The position numbers and the translations under genes are program-made. The notes beneath the pieces are model-generated. The model was not told the DNA's origin, ran no database searches, and saw only the letters and a program-made list of their open reading frames with translations. Below are positions 25,666-35,367 of a stretch of 64,000 nt of DNA, piece after piece. Source of the DNA: Clostridia bacterium. GTDB taxonomy: Bacteria > Bacillota > Clostridia > TANB77 > CAG-508. The DNA lies in assembly GCA_051891195.1 (NCBI GenBank), contig JBJFEZ010000061.1:10178-74177 (forward strand), written 5' to 3'. Positions within the stretch are counted from its first letter, which is position 1, and the number at the start of each line of letters is the position of its first letter.

Positions 25666-26859
25666 ATGTTTAAGTTTATTAAAAATGAGAATATAGAAAC
25701 AAAAATTACAGAGGAATATATTTCAATTTTAGAAAATGATTTGCAAATAAAGTTTCCTAAAATATTGAGAGATTATTATTTGAAATATAATGGAGCTGAA
25801 ATAGAAGAATGTAAATTAATAATTCAAATGGGTGCTTATAATATTAATTGCTATGTAACTGAAATTTTAACTTTAAAATATGGTAAATATAATTTTGAGC
25901 ATGAAGCTAAATATATTAGAGATATTGAAAATATACCAAATGAATTTATACCTTTTGCAATAGATGAGGGATCAGATAGATTTTGTTGGGATTATAGTAC
26001 AGGCAAAGTATATTATGTTAGAATGGACGAAGAAAATCCAATATTAATTTGTGATAGTGTAGAACAATTTTTTGATATATTAACTGATTGTGTAAAAAAT
26101 GAAAATGGTTGTACGTTAGATGGAAAAGAAGATTTTAATTATAGTTCTTCAACACCAATAGGAACAGAAAAGAACAATCTTAAAGAAGAATCTGAGGTAA
26201 AAAAAATATTAACATTTAACAGCAAAAATAAACCATTAATATTACTTTTTGTACTAACAATAGCCAGTCTAATACTTATACCATTTACTGATTCACTATC
26301 TTTGTTATTAACTGGTGCTTTTGCTATATATACATTGATATTATTAGGTATACATATTACAAATAGAATTAAATCAATAAATGTAGTAAATAAATATGGT
26401 TTTGATGAATTGAAAAAAGAATTGCTTTCAAATAATACTATAAAGGTAGAAGGAATAAATACATACCTTACAGAAAAATATATTATTTCAAATCACCAAA
26501 AAGTAGTAATAATAGAATATAAAGATATTTCTTGGATTTATCCTACAAGAATTAGAGGTAGAAATAGTATAACGGCTCATATTAGTGCATATCTTGCAAA
26601 TAGAATGACGGGAACACCTTTAAGAGCACATCTAAAAAATGGGAAATCTTTAATTTCTGCTATAACTAATAATAGAAAGCAAGTGCAAATTATATTTAAT
26701 AGAATACATCAGAAAAACAACCAAGTTTTAATTGGTTATAACAAAGATAATATGAAAAAATATGAAAAAGTATGTCCAAAATATAAAAATAAAAAAATTT
26801 GGGGAATTCTTTTAGTAATAGCACTTGTTATAATAGCTATATTAATACAAAAAATTTAA
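25666..26859 (+). CDS. SMI1/KNR4 (SUKH) immunity-like domain fused to a two-TM segment and a C-terminal domain of unknown function
   Basis: 397 aa. N-terminal ~150 aa (ILENDLQIKFPKILRDYYLKYNGAEI..FIPFAIDEGSDRFCWDYSTGKVYYV..FFDIL) fits the SUKH-1 pattern. Hydrophobic helices at 190-240 and at the C-terminus. Confidence 0.5.
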   Translation: MFKFIKNENIETKITEEYISILENDLQIKFPKILRDYYLKYNGAEIEECKLIIQMGAYNINCYVTEILTLKYGKYNFEHEAKYIRDIENIPNEFIPFAIDEGSDRFCWDYSTGKVYYVRMDEENPILICDSVEQFFDILTDCVKNENGCTLDGKEDFNYSSSTPIGTEKNNLKEESEVKKILTFNSKNKPLILLFVLTIASLILIPFTDSLSLLLTGAFAIYTLILLGIHITNRIKSINVVNKYGFDELKKELLSNNTIKVEGINTYLTEKYIISNHQKVVIIEYKDISWIYPTRIRGRNSITAHISAYLANRMTGTPLRAHLKNGKSLISAITNNRKQVQIIFNRIHQKNNQVLIGYNKDNMKKYEKVCPKYKNKKIWGILLVIALVIIAILIQKI

Positions 26860-26888
26860 TGAGATTTTTGAAAAATTTGAATATATAC

Positions 26889-26925
26889 AAAAAAAGATGT
26901 ACTAAGTGTAGTACATCTTTTTTAG
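26889..26925. terminator. Bidirectional terminator
   Basis: agatgtacta agtg tagtacatct followed by tttttt. Confidence 0.6.
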
Positions 26926-26930
26926 AGAAA

Positions 26931-27293
26931 TTAAAGTACTTTCAGTACTCTGTCATCCTCTTCCACACACAGGATGGTGTTGTCATCCGTGAGTACAGCT
27001 CTGCTGTAGTCTTTCGCCTTCATGAATTTGTAAATCAGAGACTTCCTACCACAACGTTTCTTCACATCTTTTCTTGAGAGAAGCTCTCCAAAATACAGAT
27101 ACGGGGAAAAGTTGCAGGGGTCGTCCTTTACAAGTTCTCCATCAACGATGGTTTCTTCTCTGTCAAAGAAGCGATATCCGCTTGCACCTTTAGGAAGTTT
27201 TACCAGGCTGTCTCTCCGCTCTTCAATTTCTTCCTCTTCAGGTCCTACGGGGATTTTGCTGGTGTAAAAGAATTCGACAAAGTGTTTTAACAA
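26931..27293 (-). CDS. Hypothetical 120-aa protein in a compositionally foreign (~45% GC) segment
   Basis: An uninterrupted ORF coincides exactly with a GC-rich block embedded in ~27% GC DNA. No family recognised. Confidence 0.45.
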   Translation of the reverse strand: MLKHFVEFFYTSKIPVGPEEEEIEERRDSLVKLPKGASGYRFFDREETIVDGELVKDDPCNFSPYLYFGELLSRKDVKKRCGRKSLIYKFMKAKDYSRAVLTDDNTILCVEEDDRVLKVL

Positions 27294-27409
27294 TTTTAAC
27301 TCCTCCTAATTTGCTATTTCTAGCTTTTTTATTAAATACTGATATTACAGTATATATTTATATTATACCATATTTATTGCAAATTTTCAAATTTCAGTTG
27401 TATCACTAT

Positions 27410-29707
27410 CTATTTGGTCGGTTTTACATTATATTCTATTAGTTTTATATTTATTATTTTATTTGTAAATTCATCTTTTAGATAATTATATTTAAATTCT
27501 TCCTTACTTGCTTCTTCTAAAATAAATTTTTCTAAATTTACTAATACTTCGTCTGATAAGTTCATTCCTAAAGGTAAGGTTTGGTTAATATTGTCAAAAA
27601 ATATTATATTTGAATAATATAATATTGGCATACCTTCTTTTATGTTTAATTTATACAAATATATTGTGTTTTCTTCCAGCTTTTCTTTAATAGCATTATT
27701 TTCATTTAAGTGGAACATTTGTAAATTTGTTTTATCCAATTCTTCACTAGTAGATAAATATATTGGCATATTATATACAGAAGAAATTTTGCAAAATGCC
27801 TCTTTTATTAATTTTAAATAATTTCTTAAGTTATCAATATATATACTAAGCTCTGTTTGAGAATTTATATTTAGTATCTTATATTTGTCTCTTTCATTTT
27901 CTCTATGTTTTGTATTATTTATAGTTTTTGTTTTTGTTTGATCATCAAACAAGCTTCCAAAAATGTCAAAATCTTTTAATTTTACAGTTTCAATATCCCT
28001 TTCATAGCTATTTTGTAGTTGTTCTAATTCATCTTGTAAAATTTTGTATTGTTCTTCATGTAGTTCATCTTTTTTTGCTTTATTTAAAATTTGACAAGAA
28101 TATAGTGCTTGTTTAACAGCAAATATACTATCTATTTCATTTTTAGAAAGCTTTCTTCTTTGGAGTTCATCTACTTTTTTGCCAAAATCTTCAATGTCTT
28201 CTTCATAATCAAAGGTCTTTTTTATTTTTTCATTTTGATTATTGTTTTCTTCTTCTCCTTCATTTAGGCTTGGTAATTCGTCTTTATTACTAAATTTCCA
28301 AAATTCAAATATACTTTTTTTATGCAGTTCTATTTCATTTAAATAAATATTTGCATTTTTTATTTTTCTTTCTAAATTAATAGATTTTAATTCTAATGCT
28401 TTTATATCTACATTTAACTTTTTAACTACTTTTTCTCTTGCTTCTAATTTAGTACATATTTCTATTAAATCTTCAATGGTGTACTGATTTTTTGTTTCTT
28501 CTGTTATTGGTATACTTTTTTGTTTTTTGGTTTTCTCTTGATTTTCTGTTTTATTTAATGGTTTTAAGACTTTTTTTCTGTTTGAAAAATAGTATTTTAC
28601 TTTTCCAAAAAAACTTTTTTTACATTCCAAAAATGTAGCAATTTGGCGTTGTTTTGTTAAAAATTTTGCTGTTTGGTCTTCTACTTCTATTTTTAGCTTT
28701 TCTAATTTTTCCTGTAGTTCTGTTATGGACTTATTTTGCAATGATAATCGCATATTTTTATTATCTATTTCTTCTTGAATAAATATAGCTAAGCTGCTAT
28801 ATGTAATGTTTTCATTGCTTAAAGTATATATAAATTCAATTTCTCCATTATTGTTAATTCCTGTTTTAAATTTATAGTAATCAGGATGTGCTGTAGATAA
28901 AATAAATAATGCTTTTATTAATTTATATTTTTCTAAAGCTTCATCTTTGCTATTTAAAGTTATTGCATAATCTGTTTCAATATTTCCATATATTTTTGTT
29001 TTTCCCACTATTTTCAATGATAGTTTATTTTTTACGCTATACACTTCAAATATATTAGGCCAATCTTTTGTAAAATACCATAAATAGTTTTCTAAGTCTG
29101 TAATTTGCGTTCTTGTTAAATAACTTCCCGAATATTCCATATGACTTATTGGAACAAATATTGTCTCTTTTTTTCTTGTTTTTTTGGCTTCTATTTGTTT
29201 TTTTAATAAATAAAATAATGCTGTATTATTTGCTTCATTTGTTGGCACCAGCATAAAATATTTATCTGATATATCTGAATAATATATTTGCCATATGTAA
29301 TTATTTTGATATTTTACTGTATATGGAATATCGCTTTTAAATTTCTGTTGTTGTTTTTCAACTTCTTCTATTTCTTGTAAATTAGTATCATTTAACATTT
29401 TTAAAAATGTTGCAAATTTCTCTATATTTTCCTCATTTTTAGAATCTAAATATGCAAATATAGGTGATGCTAATTTATACTTTTCGTTTAAACTTGTTAA
29501 TCTATCTGTTGGTGTTAATAATATTTGAATATCATTTACATCTATGTGTTTGTATATTTTATAACTATTATCATCATATGCTTTAGTTGGTCTAAATGAA
29601 AATGGTGTAAATTCAGTTAAATAATTTGGAATTTTTTCTAAATCTAGCCCTATATATGATAATTTTTCTTTTAATTTTTCTTTATCTTCTGCAATATTTT
29701 TAGACAT
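27410..29707 (-). CDS. Hypothetical 765-aa cytoplasmic coiled-coil protein
   Basis: Start MSKNIAEDKEK with RBS aaggagg (ORF track extends to 29740). Long heptad-like K/E-rich stretches. No recognisable catalytic motif. Confidence 0.5.
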   Translation of the reverse strand: MSKNIAEDKEKLKEKLSYIGLDLEKIPNYLTEFTPFSFRPTKAYDDNSYKIYKHIDVNDIQILLTPTDRLTSLNEKYKLASPIFAYLDSKNEENIEKFATFLKMLNDTNLQEIEEVEKQQQKFKSDIPYTVKYQNNYIWQIYYSDISDKYFMLVPTNEANNTALFYLLKKQIEAKKTRKKETIFVPISHMEYSGSYLTRTQITDLENYLWYFTKDWPNIFEVYSVKNKLSLKIVGKTKIYGNIETDYAITLNSKDEALEKYKLIKALFILSTAHPDYYKFKTGINNNGEIEFIYTLSNENITYSSLAIFIQEEIDNKNMRLSLQNKSITELQEKLEKLKIEVEDQTAKFLTKQRQIATFLECKKSFFGKVKYYFSNRKKVLKPLNKTENQEKTKKQKSIPITEETKNQYTIEDLIEICTKLEAREKVVKKLNVDIKALELKSINLERKIKNANIYLNEIELHKKSIFEFWKFSNKDELPSLNEGEEENNNQNEKIKKTFDYEEDIEDFGKKVDELQRRKLSKNEIDSIFAVKQALYSCQILNKAKKDELHEEQYKILQDELEQLQNSYERDIETVKLKDFDIFGSLFDDQTKTKTINNTKHRENERDKYKILNINSQTELSIYIDNLRNYLKLIKEAFCKISSVYNMPIYLSTSEELDKTNLQMFHLNENNAIKEKLEENTIYLYKLNIKEGMPILYYSNIIFFDNINQTLPLGMNLSDEVLVNLEKFILEEASKEEFKYNYLKDEFTNKIINIKLIEYNVKPTK

Positions 29708-29902
29708 AGTAGCCTCCTTATTATATTGAAAGTATATCATAAAGAAATTTTTGTTACAATCATTTATATTAAAAATTCAAGGGAATTTCATTGTTTATTA
29801 CAAAATTGTAATATTTTATAAATAGATAGGAGTTCTAAACAGTAGAGTTATAGGGGCTTTCATTAAATTCCCCCTTTCAAAGCAGCAATCTTGATATTTT
29901 AT

Positions 29903-29931
29903 TTGACTATACACATTTTAAGTGTTATAAT
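29903..29931 (+). promoter_or_regulatory. Consensus promoter (TTGACT, 17 nt, TATAAT) for the 80-aa gene
   Basis: ttgact atacacattttaagtgt tataat. Confidence 0.5.
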
Positions 29932-29976
29932 AGATTTTACAAGTTTAATTAAATATTTTAGGAGGAGAGTTTTTTT

Positions 29977-30219
29977 ATGGAAAACTGCAAAACTTGTGTC
30001 GTAACTATTCAGTACCGCTTCTATACTCCTTACGAAATTGTTGAAGGAGGCTATGAAACAACCTGCTTTCGGAAGTTCTCTGTTTTTGAAGAAAGAATGG
30101 AGCTTGTAAAAAGCTTACTGGACTGTTACGGAGCCGTGTACAACTCTGAAGAGGATATCTTTGAGTTATCATCTATGGAAAGCTACGAGGCAATGACAGA
30201 GTATCTGTCTACTCTGTAA
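29977..30219 (+). CDS. Hypothetical 80-aa Cys-containing protein in a ~42% GC segment
   Basis: RBS taggaggag, own promoter and terminator. MENCKTCVVTIQYRFYTPYEIVEGGYETTCF..; composition atypical for this genome. Confidence 0.5.
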   Translation: MENCKTCVVTIQYRFYTPYEIVEGGYETTCFRKFSVFEERMELVKSLLDCYGAVYNSEEDIFELSSMESYEAMTEYLSTL

Positions 30220-30227
30220 ACTCCTCT

Positions 30228-30264
30228 AAAAAGGAATTACCAAATTTGGTAATTCCTTTTTTTT
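30228..30264. terminator. Bidirectional terminator between the 80-aa gene and thrS
   Basis: aaaggaattacc aaattt ggtaattccttt followed by ttttt. Confidence 0.65.
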
Positions 30265-32185
30265 AGTTGTTTTCATAACTTTCAATTTGTTGTTTTATTT
30301 TTTCTATAAAACTATTTAATGGCATTTGTCCAATATCTCCATCTTTTCTTGAACGAACTCCCACGCTATTACCTTCTACTTCTTTATCTCCTAATATTAA
30401 CATATATGGTATTTTTTGAAGTTGTGCTTCACGAATTTTGTATCCTATTTTTTCTTGTCTATCATCTAGTTCTGCACGAATGCCATTTTTGCTTAGTTCT
30501 TCTAATACTTTTTGGGCATATTCTTTATGAGCATCTGCTATAGGCAATAATTTTACTTGGACTGGTGCTAGCCAAGTTGGAAATGCTCCTGCATAATGTT
30601 CTGTAATTATTCCTATAAATCTTTCAAATGAACCAAATAATGCTCTGTGAATCATAATTGGTGTTTTCTTTTCTCCATCTGAATCAATGTAAGATAAGTT
30701 AAACCTTAATGGTAATTGGAAGTCTACTTGTACAGTTCCCATTTGCCATTCTCTTCCTAAACAGTCCTTCATTTTTATATCAATTTTTGGACCATAAAAT
30801 GCTCCATCACCTTCATTAATACGATAATTGTCTTTTCCACAAAGTTCATTTAATACATCTCTTAAATCAGATTCTGCTTTATTCCATAAGCTTAATTCTC
30901 CCATATAGTCTTCTGGTCTAGTAGATAGAGTTAAAATAAAGTCTAAACCAAAAATATTATATAACTTCTTTGCAATTTCTAGAATTTCTTTAATCTCTTC
31001 TTTAATTTGAGATTCCATTACAAAGTTATGTGAATCATCTTGTCTAAACATTCTTACTCTAAACAAACCATTTAATTGACCAGATTTTTCATTTCTATGA
31101 ATAACGTCAATGTCACTAAAACGAAGTGGTAAGTCTTTATAGCTTCTTAGCTTACTTTGGTAAATTTTAATAGAGTTTGGGCAGTTCATTGGTTTTAATG
31201 CTTGTTCATTTCCATCACTATCTGTTAATACAAACATATCTTCTTTGTAGTGCTCCCAATGTCCTGAAGTTTTCCATAAACTACTACTGTTTAATTGTGG
31301 TCCTGAAAATTCTTGATATCCTCTCTTTTTATGCTCTTTTCTCCAAAGGTCTATTAATACATTCATCATTGTAAATCCCTTTGGTAACCAATATGCCATT
31401 CCTGGAGCAGTTTCGTCAAAAAAGAATAAATCCAACTCTTTTCCTAGTTTTCTATGGTCTCTCTTTTTAGCTTCTTCTATCATAAATAAATATTCTTCTA
31501 ACATACTAGCTTTAGGGAAAGAAATACCATAAATTCTTTGTAAAGTTTGTTTTGTTTCGTCTCCTCTCCAATAAGCAGATGAAGAATTTAATAGTTTGAA
31601 AGCCTTAATTGCTCCTGTACTAGCTATATGTGGTCCTGCACATAGTTCTTTAAATTCACCTTGATCATAAAAACTAATTTCTTCGTCTTCTGGCAAGTCT
31701 TCAATTAATTCTACTTTGTATGGTTCTTTTCTGTCTTGCATTAATTTAATGGCTTCATTTCTTGGTAAAGTGTATCTTGTAATTTCTAAATTTTCTTTTA
31801 CAATTTTTTTCATTTCTTCTTCAATTTTGCTTAAGTCTTCTTCTGAGAAAGGTTTTTCTACATCAAAATCATAATAAAAACCATTATCAATAGAAGGTCC
31901 TATTGTTAATTTTACACTATCACCATAAATTCTTTTAATAGCTTGTGCCATAATATGAGAAGTTGTATGCCAAAATGCTTTTTTACCTTCTAAGTCATCA
32001 AACGTTAAAATTTCTAATTTACAGTCCTTTTCAATTAAAGTACGTAAATCTTTAACTTCTCCATCAATTTTTGCTACCATGGCATTACGTGCCAAACCTT
32101 CACTTAATTGTTTTGCTACATCTAAAACTGAAGAGCCTTCTTTTACTTCTATTTTAGATCCATCTTTTAATTCTACTTTTATCAT
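30263..32185 (-). CDS. thrS: Threonyl-tRNA synthetase
   Basis: 640 aa with TGS, editing and class-II catalytic regions (HRALFGSFERFIGI, GPKIDIKMKD). T-box leader upstream. Confidence 0.95.
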   Translation of the reverse strand: MIKVELKDGSKIEVKEGSSVLDVAKQLSEGLARNAMVAKIDGEVKDLRTLIEKDCKLEILTFDDLEGKKAFWHTTSHIMAQAIKRIYGDSVKLTIGPSIDNGFYYDFDVEKPFSEEDLSKIEEEMKKIVKENLEITRYTLPRNEAIKLMQDRKEPYKVELIEDLPEDEEISFYDQGEFKELCAGPHIASTGAIKAFKLLNSSSAYWRGDETKQTLQRIYGISFPKASMLEEYLFMIEEAKKRDHRKLGKELDLFFFDETAPGMAYWLPKGFTMMNVLIDLWRKEHKKRGYQEFSGPQLNSSSLWKTSGHWEHYKEDMFVLTDSDGNEQALKPMNCPNSIKIYQSKLRSYKDLPLRFSDIDVIHRNEKSGQLNGLFRVRMFRQDDSHNFVMESQIKEEIKEILEIAKKLYNIFGLDFILTLSTRPEDYMGELSLWNKAESDLRDVLNELCGKDNYRINEGDGAFYGPKIDIKMKDCLGREWQMGTVQVDFQLPLRFNLSYIDSDGEKKTPIMIHRALFGSFERFIGIITEHYAGAFPTWLAPVQVKLLPIADAHKEYAQKVLEELSKNGIRAELDDRQEKIGYKIREAQLQKIPYMLILGDKEVEGNSVGVRSRKDGDIGQMPLNSFIEKIKQQIESYENN

Positions 32186-32189
32186 AATT

Positions 32190-32420
32190 ACCTCCTTTTT
32201 ATGAACAAAACAAATACACTCCTAAAGTATTTCTACTTTAGGAGTGCTTATTTTACACGGTTCCATCCTATTTTTAACTTAATTAATCTTTAACGCAGAC
32301 TTACGCCTAGTTTTGGCTAGGAACTAATGAGGTAGTTTTTCAAATTCGTTTGTTTAAATTGGCTTTCAGCCGGTGACCAATTCTCTCTTTTAATAACCTT
32401 AATTTTACTTTGTCTCATTT
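32190..32420 (-). promoter_or_regulatory. T-box riboswitch leader of thrS
   Basis: Minus-strand reading contains AGAGA, the T-box-like aaauaggauggaaccgug, and a terminator hairpin gcactcctaaagtag..ctttaggagtg plus U-run just before the thrS RBS. Confidence 0.65.
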
Positions 32421-32485
32421 TTGTTTTTATTTTTCAAACTATATATTATTATACTAGCTTTTATAGTGATTTGTCAAGATACAAG

Positions 32486-32794
32486 CTATATTAATTTTAA
32501 TATGTCTTCTTTTGGTTGTACACCTATTGTTCTTCCTGTTTCTTTTCCATTTTTTATAACTAAAAATGTTGGAATTGTCATTACTTCATACTTTTCTGCT
32601 AATTCTTGATTTTCATCTATATTTACTTTACATACTTTTACCTTATCTCCCATAGTTTCTGCAATATTATCTACTACTGGTGACATCATTCTACAAGGTC
32701 CACACCAACTTGCCCAAAAGTCTATTAATACTGGTTTTTCTGATTGTAATACCTCCATTTCAAAATTTTCATTGTTTAATTCTGTTATATTCAT
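32486..32794 (-). CDS. trxA: Thioredoxin
   Basis: 102 aa, WCGPC active site. Confidence 0.9.
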   Translation of the reverse strand: MNITELNNENFEMEVLQSEKPVLIDFWASWCGPCRMMSPVVDNIAETMGDKVKVCKVNIDENQELAEKYEVMTIPTFLVIKNGKETGRTIGVQPKEDILKLI

Positions 32795-32824
32795 AACTAT
32801 TCTCCTTTCATTTTATTATATTAA

Positions 32825-33667
32825 TTATTTAAGTACTGCCAAACCTGCCTTAGTGCCTTCATATACTGCTTTAGATATTTGTAATAGTCCTCCTGTACAG
32901 TCTCCACAAGCAAATAGTCCAGGTACCGTTGTTTCCATATTTTCATTTACAACAATGCTGTTATTTTCAATTCTTGCACCAATTTTTCTTGCCAAGTCAT
33001 TACTTGAAGCAGTTCCCAGAGCTATAAAAAGCCCATTTAAAAATTGTTTAGTATTATCTTCAAATTCTACTTCTTGTAGCTTAGTATCTCCTCTAAATTC
33101 TCGTATTTTTTTAGTATTTACTTTTATATTATCACTTCTATTTTCTACTATTTGTTCTCCATTTGTAAATACTGTTACTGAATTTGCTACAGGTTCTAAT
33201 GCTTGTAATTCGTGAATAGCATAGTTGCCATTTCCTAAAACAGCTACATCTTTTCCTTTATAAAAAAATGCATCACATACAGCACAATAGCTTACTCCTT
33301 TTCCTTCAAATTCTTTTACACCTTTTATATTAGGAGTATTTCTGTTAGTTCCTGTAGCTAATATTACAGCTTTTGCTTTATATTTTGAATTGACTGTTTC
33401 TACCTCAAAATACTCTTGTTTTTCCACAGCAAGCACTTCATCTTCTACTACTTCTATTTCCAAATTTTCAGCCTGCTTCAATCCATTTATATAAAGCTCT
33501 TTGCCAGAAATTCCTTTAGGAAATCCATAATAATTTTCTATTGTTTTTACAGTATCTAATGTTCCACCCCTTTTTGATATAATTAAAACTGATAAATTTC
33601 TTCTTTTAGCATAAATAGCTGCAGATACTCCTGCTGGTCCTCCTCCTATTACAATTACGTCATACAT
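32825..33667 (-). CDS. trxB: Thioredoxin reductase-like flavoprotein disulfide reductase
   Basis: 280 aa, FAD motif GGGPAGVSAAIYA and redox CAVCD motif. Confidence 0.8.
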   Translation of the reverse strand: MYDVIVIGGGPAGVSAAIYAKRRNLSVLIISKRGGTLDTVKTIENYYGFPKGISGKELYINGLKQAENLEIEVVEDEVLAVEKQEYFEVETVNSKYKAKAVILATGTNRNTPNIKGVKEFEGKGVSYCAVCDAFFYKGKDVAVLGNGNYAIHELQALEPVANSVTVFTNGEQIVENRSDNIKVNTKKIREFRGDTKLQEVEFEDNTKQFLNGLFIALGTASSNDLARKIGARIENNSIVVNENMETTVPGLFACGDCTGGLLQISKAVYEGTKAGLAVLK

Positions 33668-33844
33668 ACTCTATCACCTTCTTTTTTTCAATTTATATTA
33701 TTTTATTTAAGATTTTAATTATTATACTTTTTATTAACTTATTTAAGAATATCATATAAATTTTGAAAAGTACATATTCTTTTAAAATAAAATTTATTTA
33801 CTTTTATATAAAAATTTGATAATATATTTAAGAGGAGATTTGTT

Positions 33845-34399
33845 ATGAATGAAGCTATAGTAAAAAATAAAAAAGTAAAATTAAACCGCTTTCAGTTATA
33901 TATATTATATTTCTTTTTATTTTCATTTATTGGTTGGCTTATGGAAACACTATTTGCTATATATAATTTAGGGCATTTTGTTAAACGTGGCTTTTTATAT
34001 GGTCCTATTTGTCCTATTTATGGTTATGGAGCTTTAATGCTTATTTTATTTTTAAATAAATATAAAAAAAATAATTTTAAGCTTTTTATATATTCTGCTA
34101 TTATTTTTTCCGCCTTTGAATATGTTGTTAGTTATGGTTTAGATGCATTATTTGCAATGCATTGGTGGGATTATACAAATGAATTTTTTAATTTAAATGG
34201 TCGCATTAGCATTTTTTATTCCTTTGCTTGGGGAATTATTGCAATTTTATTTATAAACCATATATATCCATTTTTTAAGAAAAAAGTTAATATACTATTG
34301 TCTAAAACTAATTATATTATTCAAGTTATTTTAGTAAATACATTACTTGTTATATTTATTGTAGATACAGCAGCATCTTGTATTCGTTACCTAACATAG
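33845..34399 (+). CDS. Hypothetical integral membrane protein (PF06541-like, ~5 TM)
   Basis: 184 aa, hydrophobic helices, motif GPICPIYGYGAL. Confidence 0.5.
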   Translation: MNEAIVKNKKVKLNRFQLYILYFFLFSFIGWLMETLFAIYNLGHFVKRGFLYGPICPIYGYGALMLILFLNKYKKNNFKLFIYSAIIFSAFEYVVSYGLDALFAMHWWDYTNEFFNLNGRISIFYSFAWGIIAILFINHIYPFFKKKVNILLSKTNYIIQVILVNTLLVIFIVDTAASCIRYLT

Positions 34400-34477
34400 C
34401 TAAAATTTGAATATTATTGTGGTTTGTGATATAATATATATTACAAATATATTTTTATTTGAAGGGAGTCCTTAATT

Positions 34478-34651
34478 ATGTTGTTGAACTACTTGCGGCA
34501 AATCGCTACAGTGGCAGCTAGTATTATAGGAATAATAGGAATCATTGCACTTTTTTCTAAAAACGGTTTCTTAGAAAAATTATTTGGCATTGTATGTATA
34601 CTTATTTGCATCGCTTTCTTTTCTATTATTCTTCAGCTTTTCTCTTATTAA
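34478..34651 (+). CDS. Small membrane protein, 57 aa, two TM
   Basis: RBS gaagggag, MLLNYLRQIATVAASIIGIIGIIALF.. ; terminator follows at 34660-34700. Below the ORF-track cutoff. Confidence 0.45.
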   Translation: MLLNYLRQIATVAASIIGIIGIIALFSKNGFLEKLFGIVCILICIAFFSIILQLFSY

Positions 34652-34659
34652 GGCACATA

Positions 34660-34700
34660 TCTCTCAAAAAGAGGTTCTTGTAATAAGAACCTTTTTTTGC
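34660..34700 (+). terminator. Intrinsic terminator
   Basis: aggttcttgtaataagaacct followed by ttttttt. Confidence 0.6.
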
Positions 34701-34702
34701 TA

Positions 34703-35293
34703 TCATTTTTTAATTTTAGATATAGCAAGGCCATCCCCTACTTCTAAAATTTCAGTTTCCATTTGTTCATTATTTGAAATTTCTGCAATATATTCCCTTA
34801 AATTTCTTACAGCTGTTCTTTGCTTGTGTTTGTTATAGTCACTCATAACATATCCTTTATATAGCACATTATCTGCTATAATTACTCCACCTTTTTTTAT
34901 CATTCTTAATGCTTGATTTAAGAAAAATGGATATTTACCTTTTGCCGCATCTATAAATACTATATCATATTCTTGATTTAGTGTTGGTAAAATCTCCACT
35001 GCATCGCCTTCATATATATTTATTTTTTCTTCTACCTCTGCCTTTTTTATATTCTCTTTTGCCTGTTTTACTCTTTCTTCATCTCTTTCAATAGTATCTA
35101 TTTTTCCATTTGGCTCCAAATACTCAGAAAAGCAAATTGCAGAATATCCAACTGCTGTTCCTATTTCTAATATTCTTTTAGGCTTTGCTTGAGATAATAT
35201 TTTTGATATTACTTCTAATGTGTCATCCATTATAATTGGAACTTTATCTTCTAAAGCTTTTTGTTTAATTTTCTCAAGTTCTATTTTATTCAT
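34703..35293 (-). CDS. Class I SAM-dependent O-methyltransferase (caffeoyl-CoA OMT-like, YrrM family)
   Basis: 196 aa, SAM motif ILEIGTAVGYSA..DIVFIDAAK. Confidence 0.75.
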   Translation of the reverse strand: MNKIELEKIKQKALEDKVPIIMDDTLEVISKILSQAKPKRILEIGTAVGYSAICFSEYLEPNGKIDTIERDEERVKQAKENIKKAEVEEKINIYEGDAVEILPTLNQEYDIVFIDAAKGKYPFFLNQALRMIKKGGVIIADNVLYKGYVMSDYNKHKQRTAVRNLREYIAEISNNEQMETEILEVGDGLAISKIKK

Positions 35294-35367
35294 TTTTACT
35301 AATCTTCCTTAATATTATTTTTTTCAAAGAATGGGCGATTAATTAACCGCCCTTTGTATATAAGTTT

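Noticed and set aside
26799-27077. ORF 26799-27077 (+), 92 aa
   Set aside because: It straddles the terminator and is antisense to the GC-rich 120-aa gene, which matches the compositional block much better.
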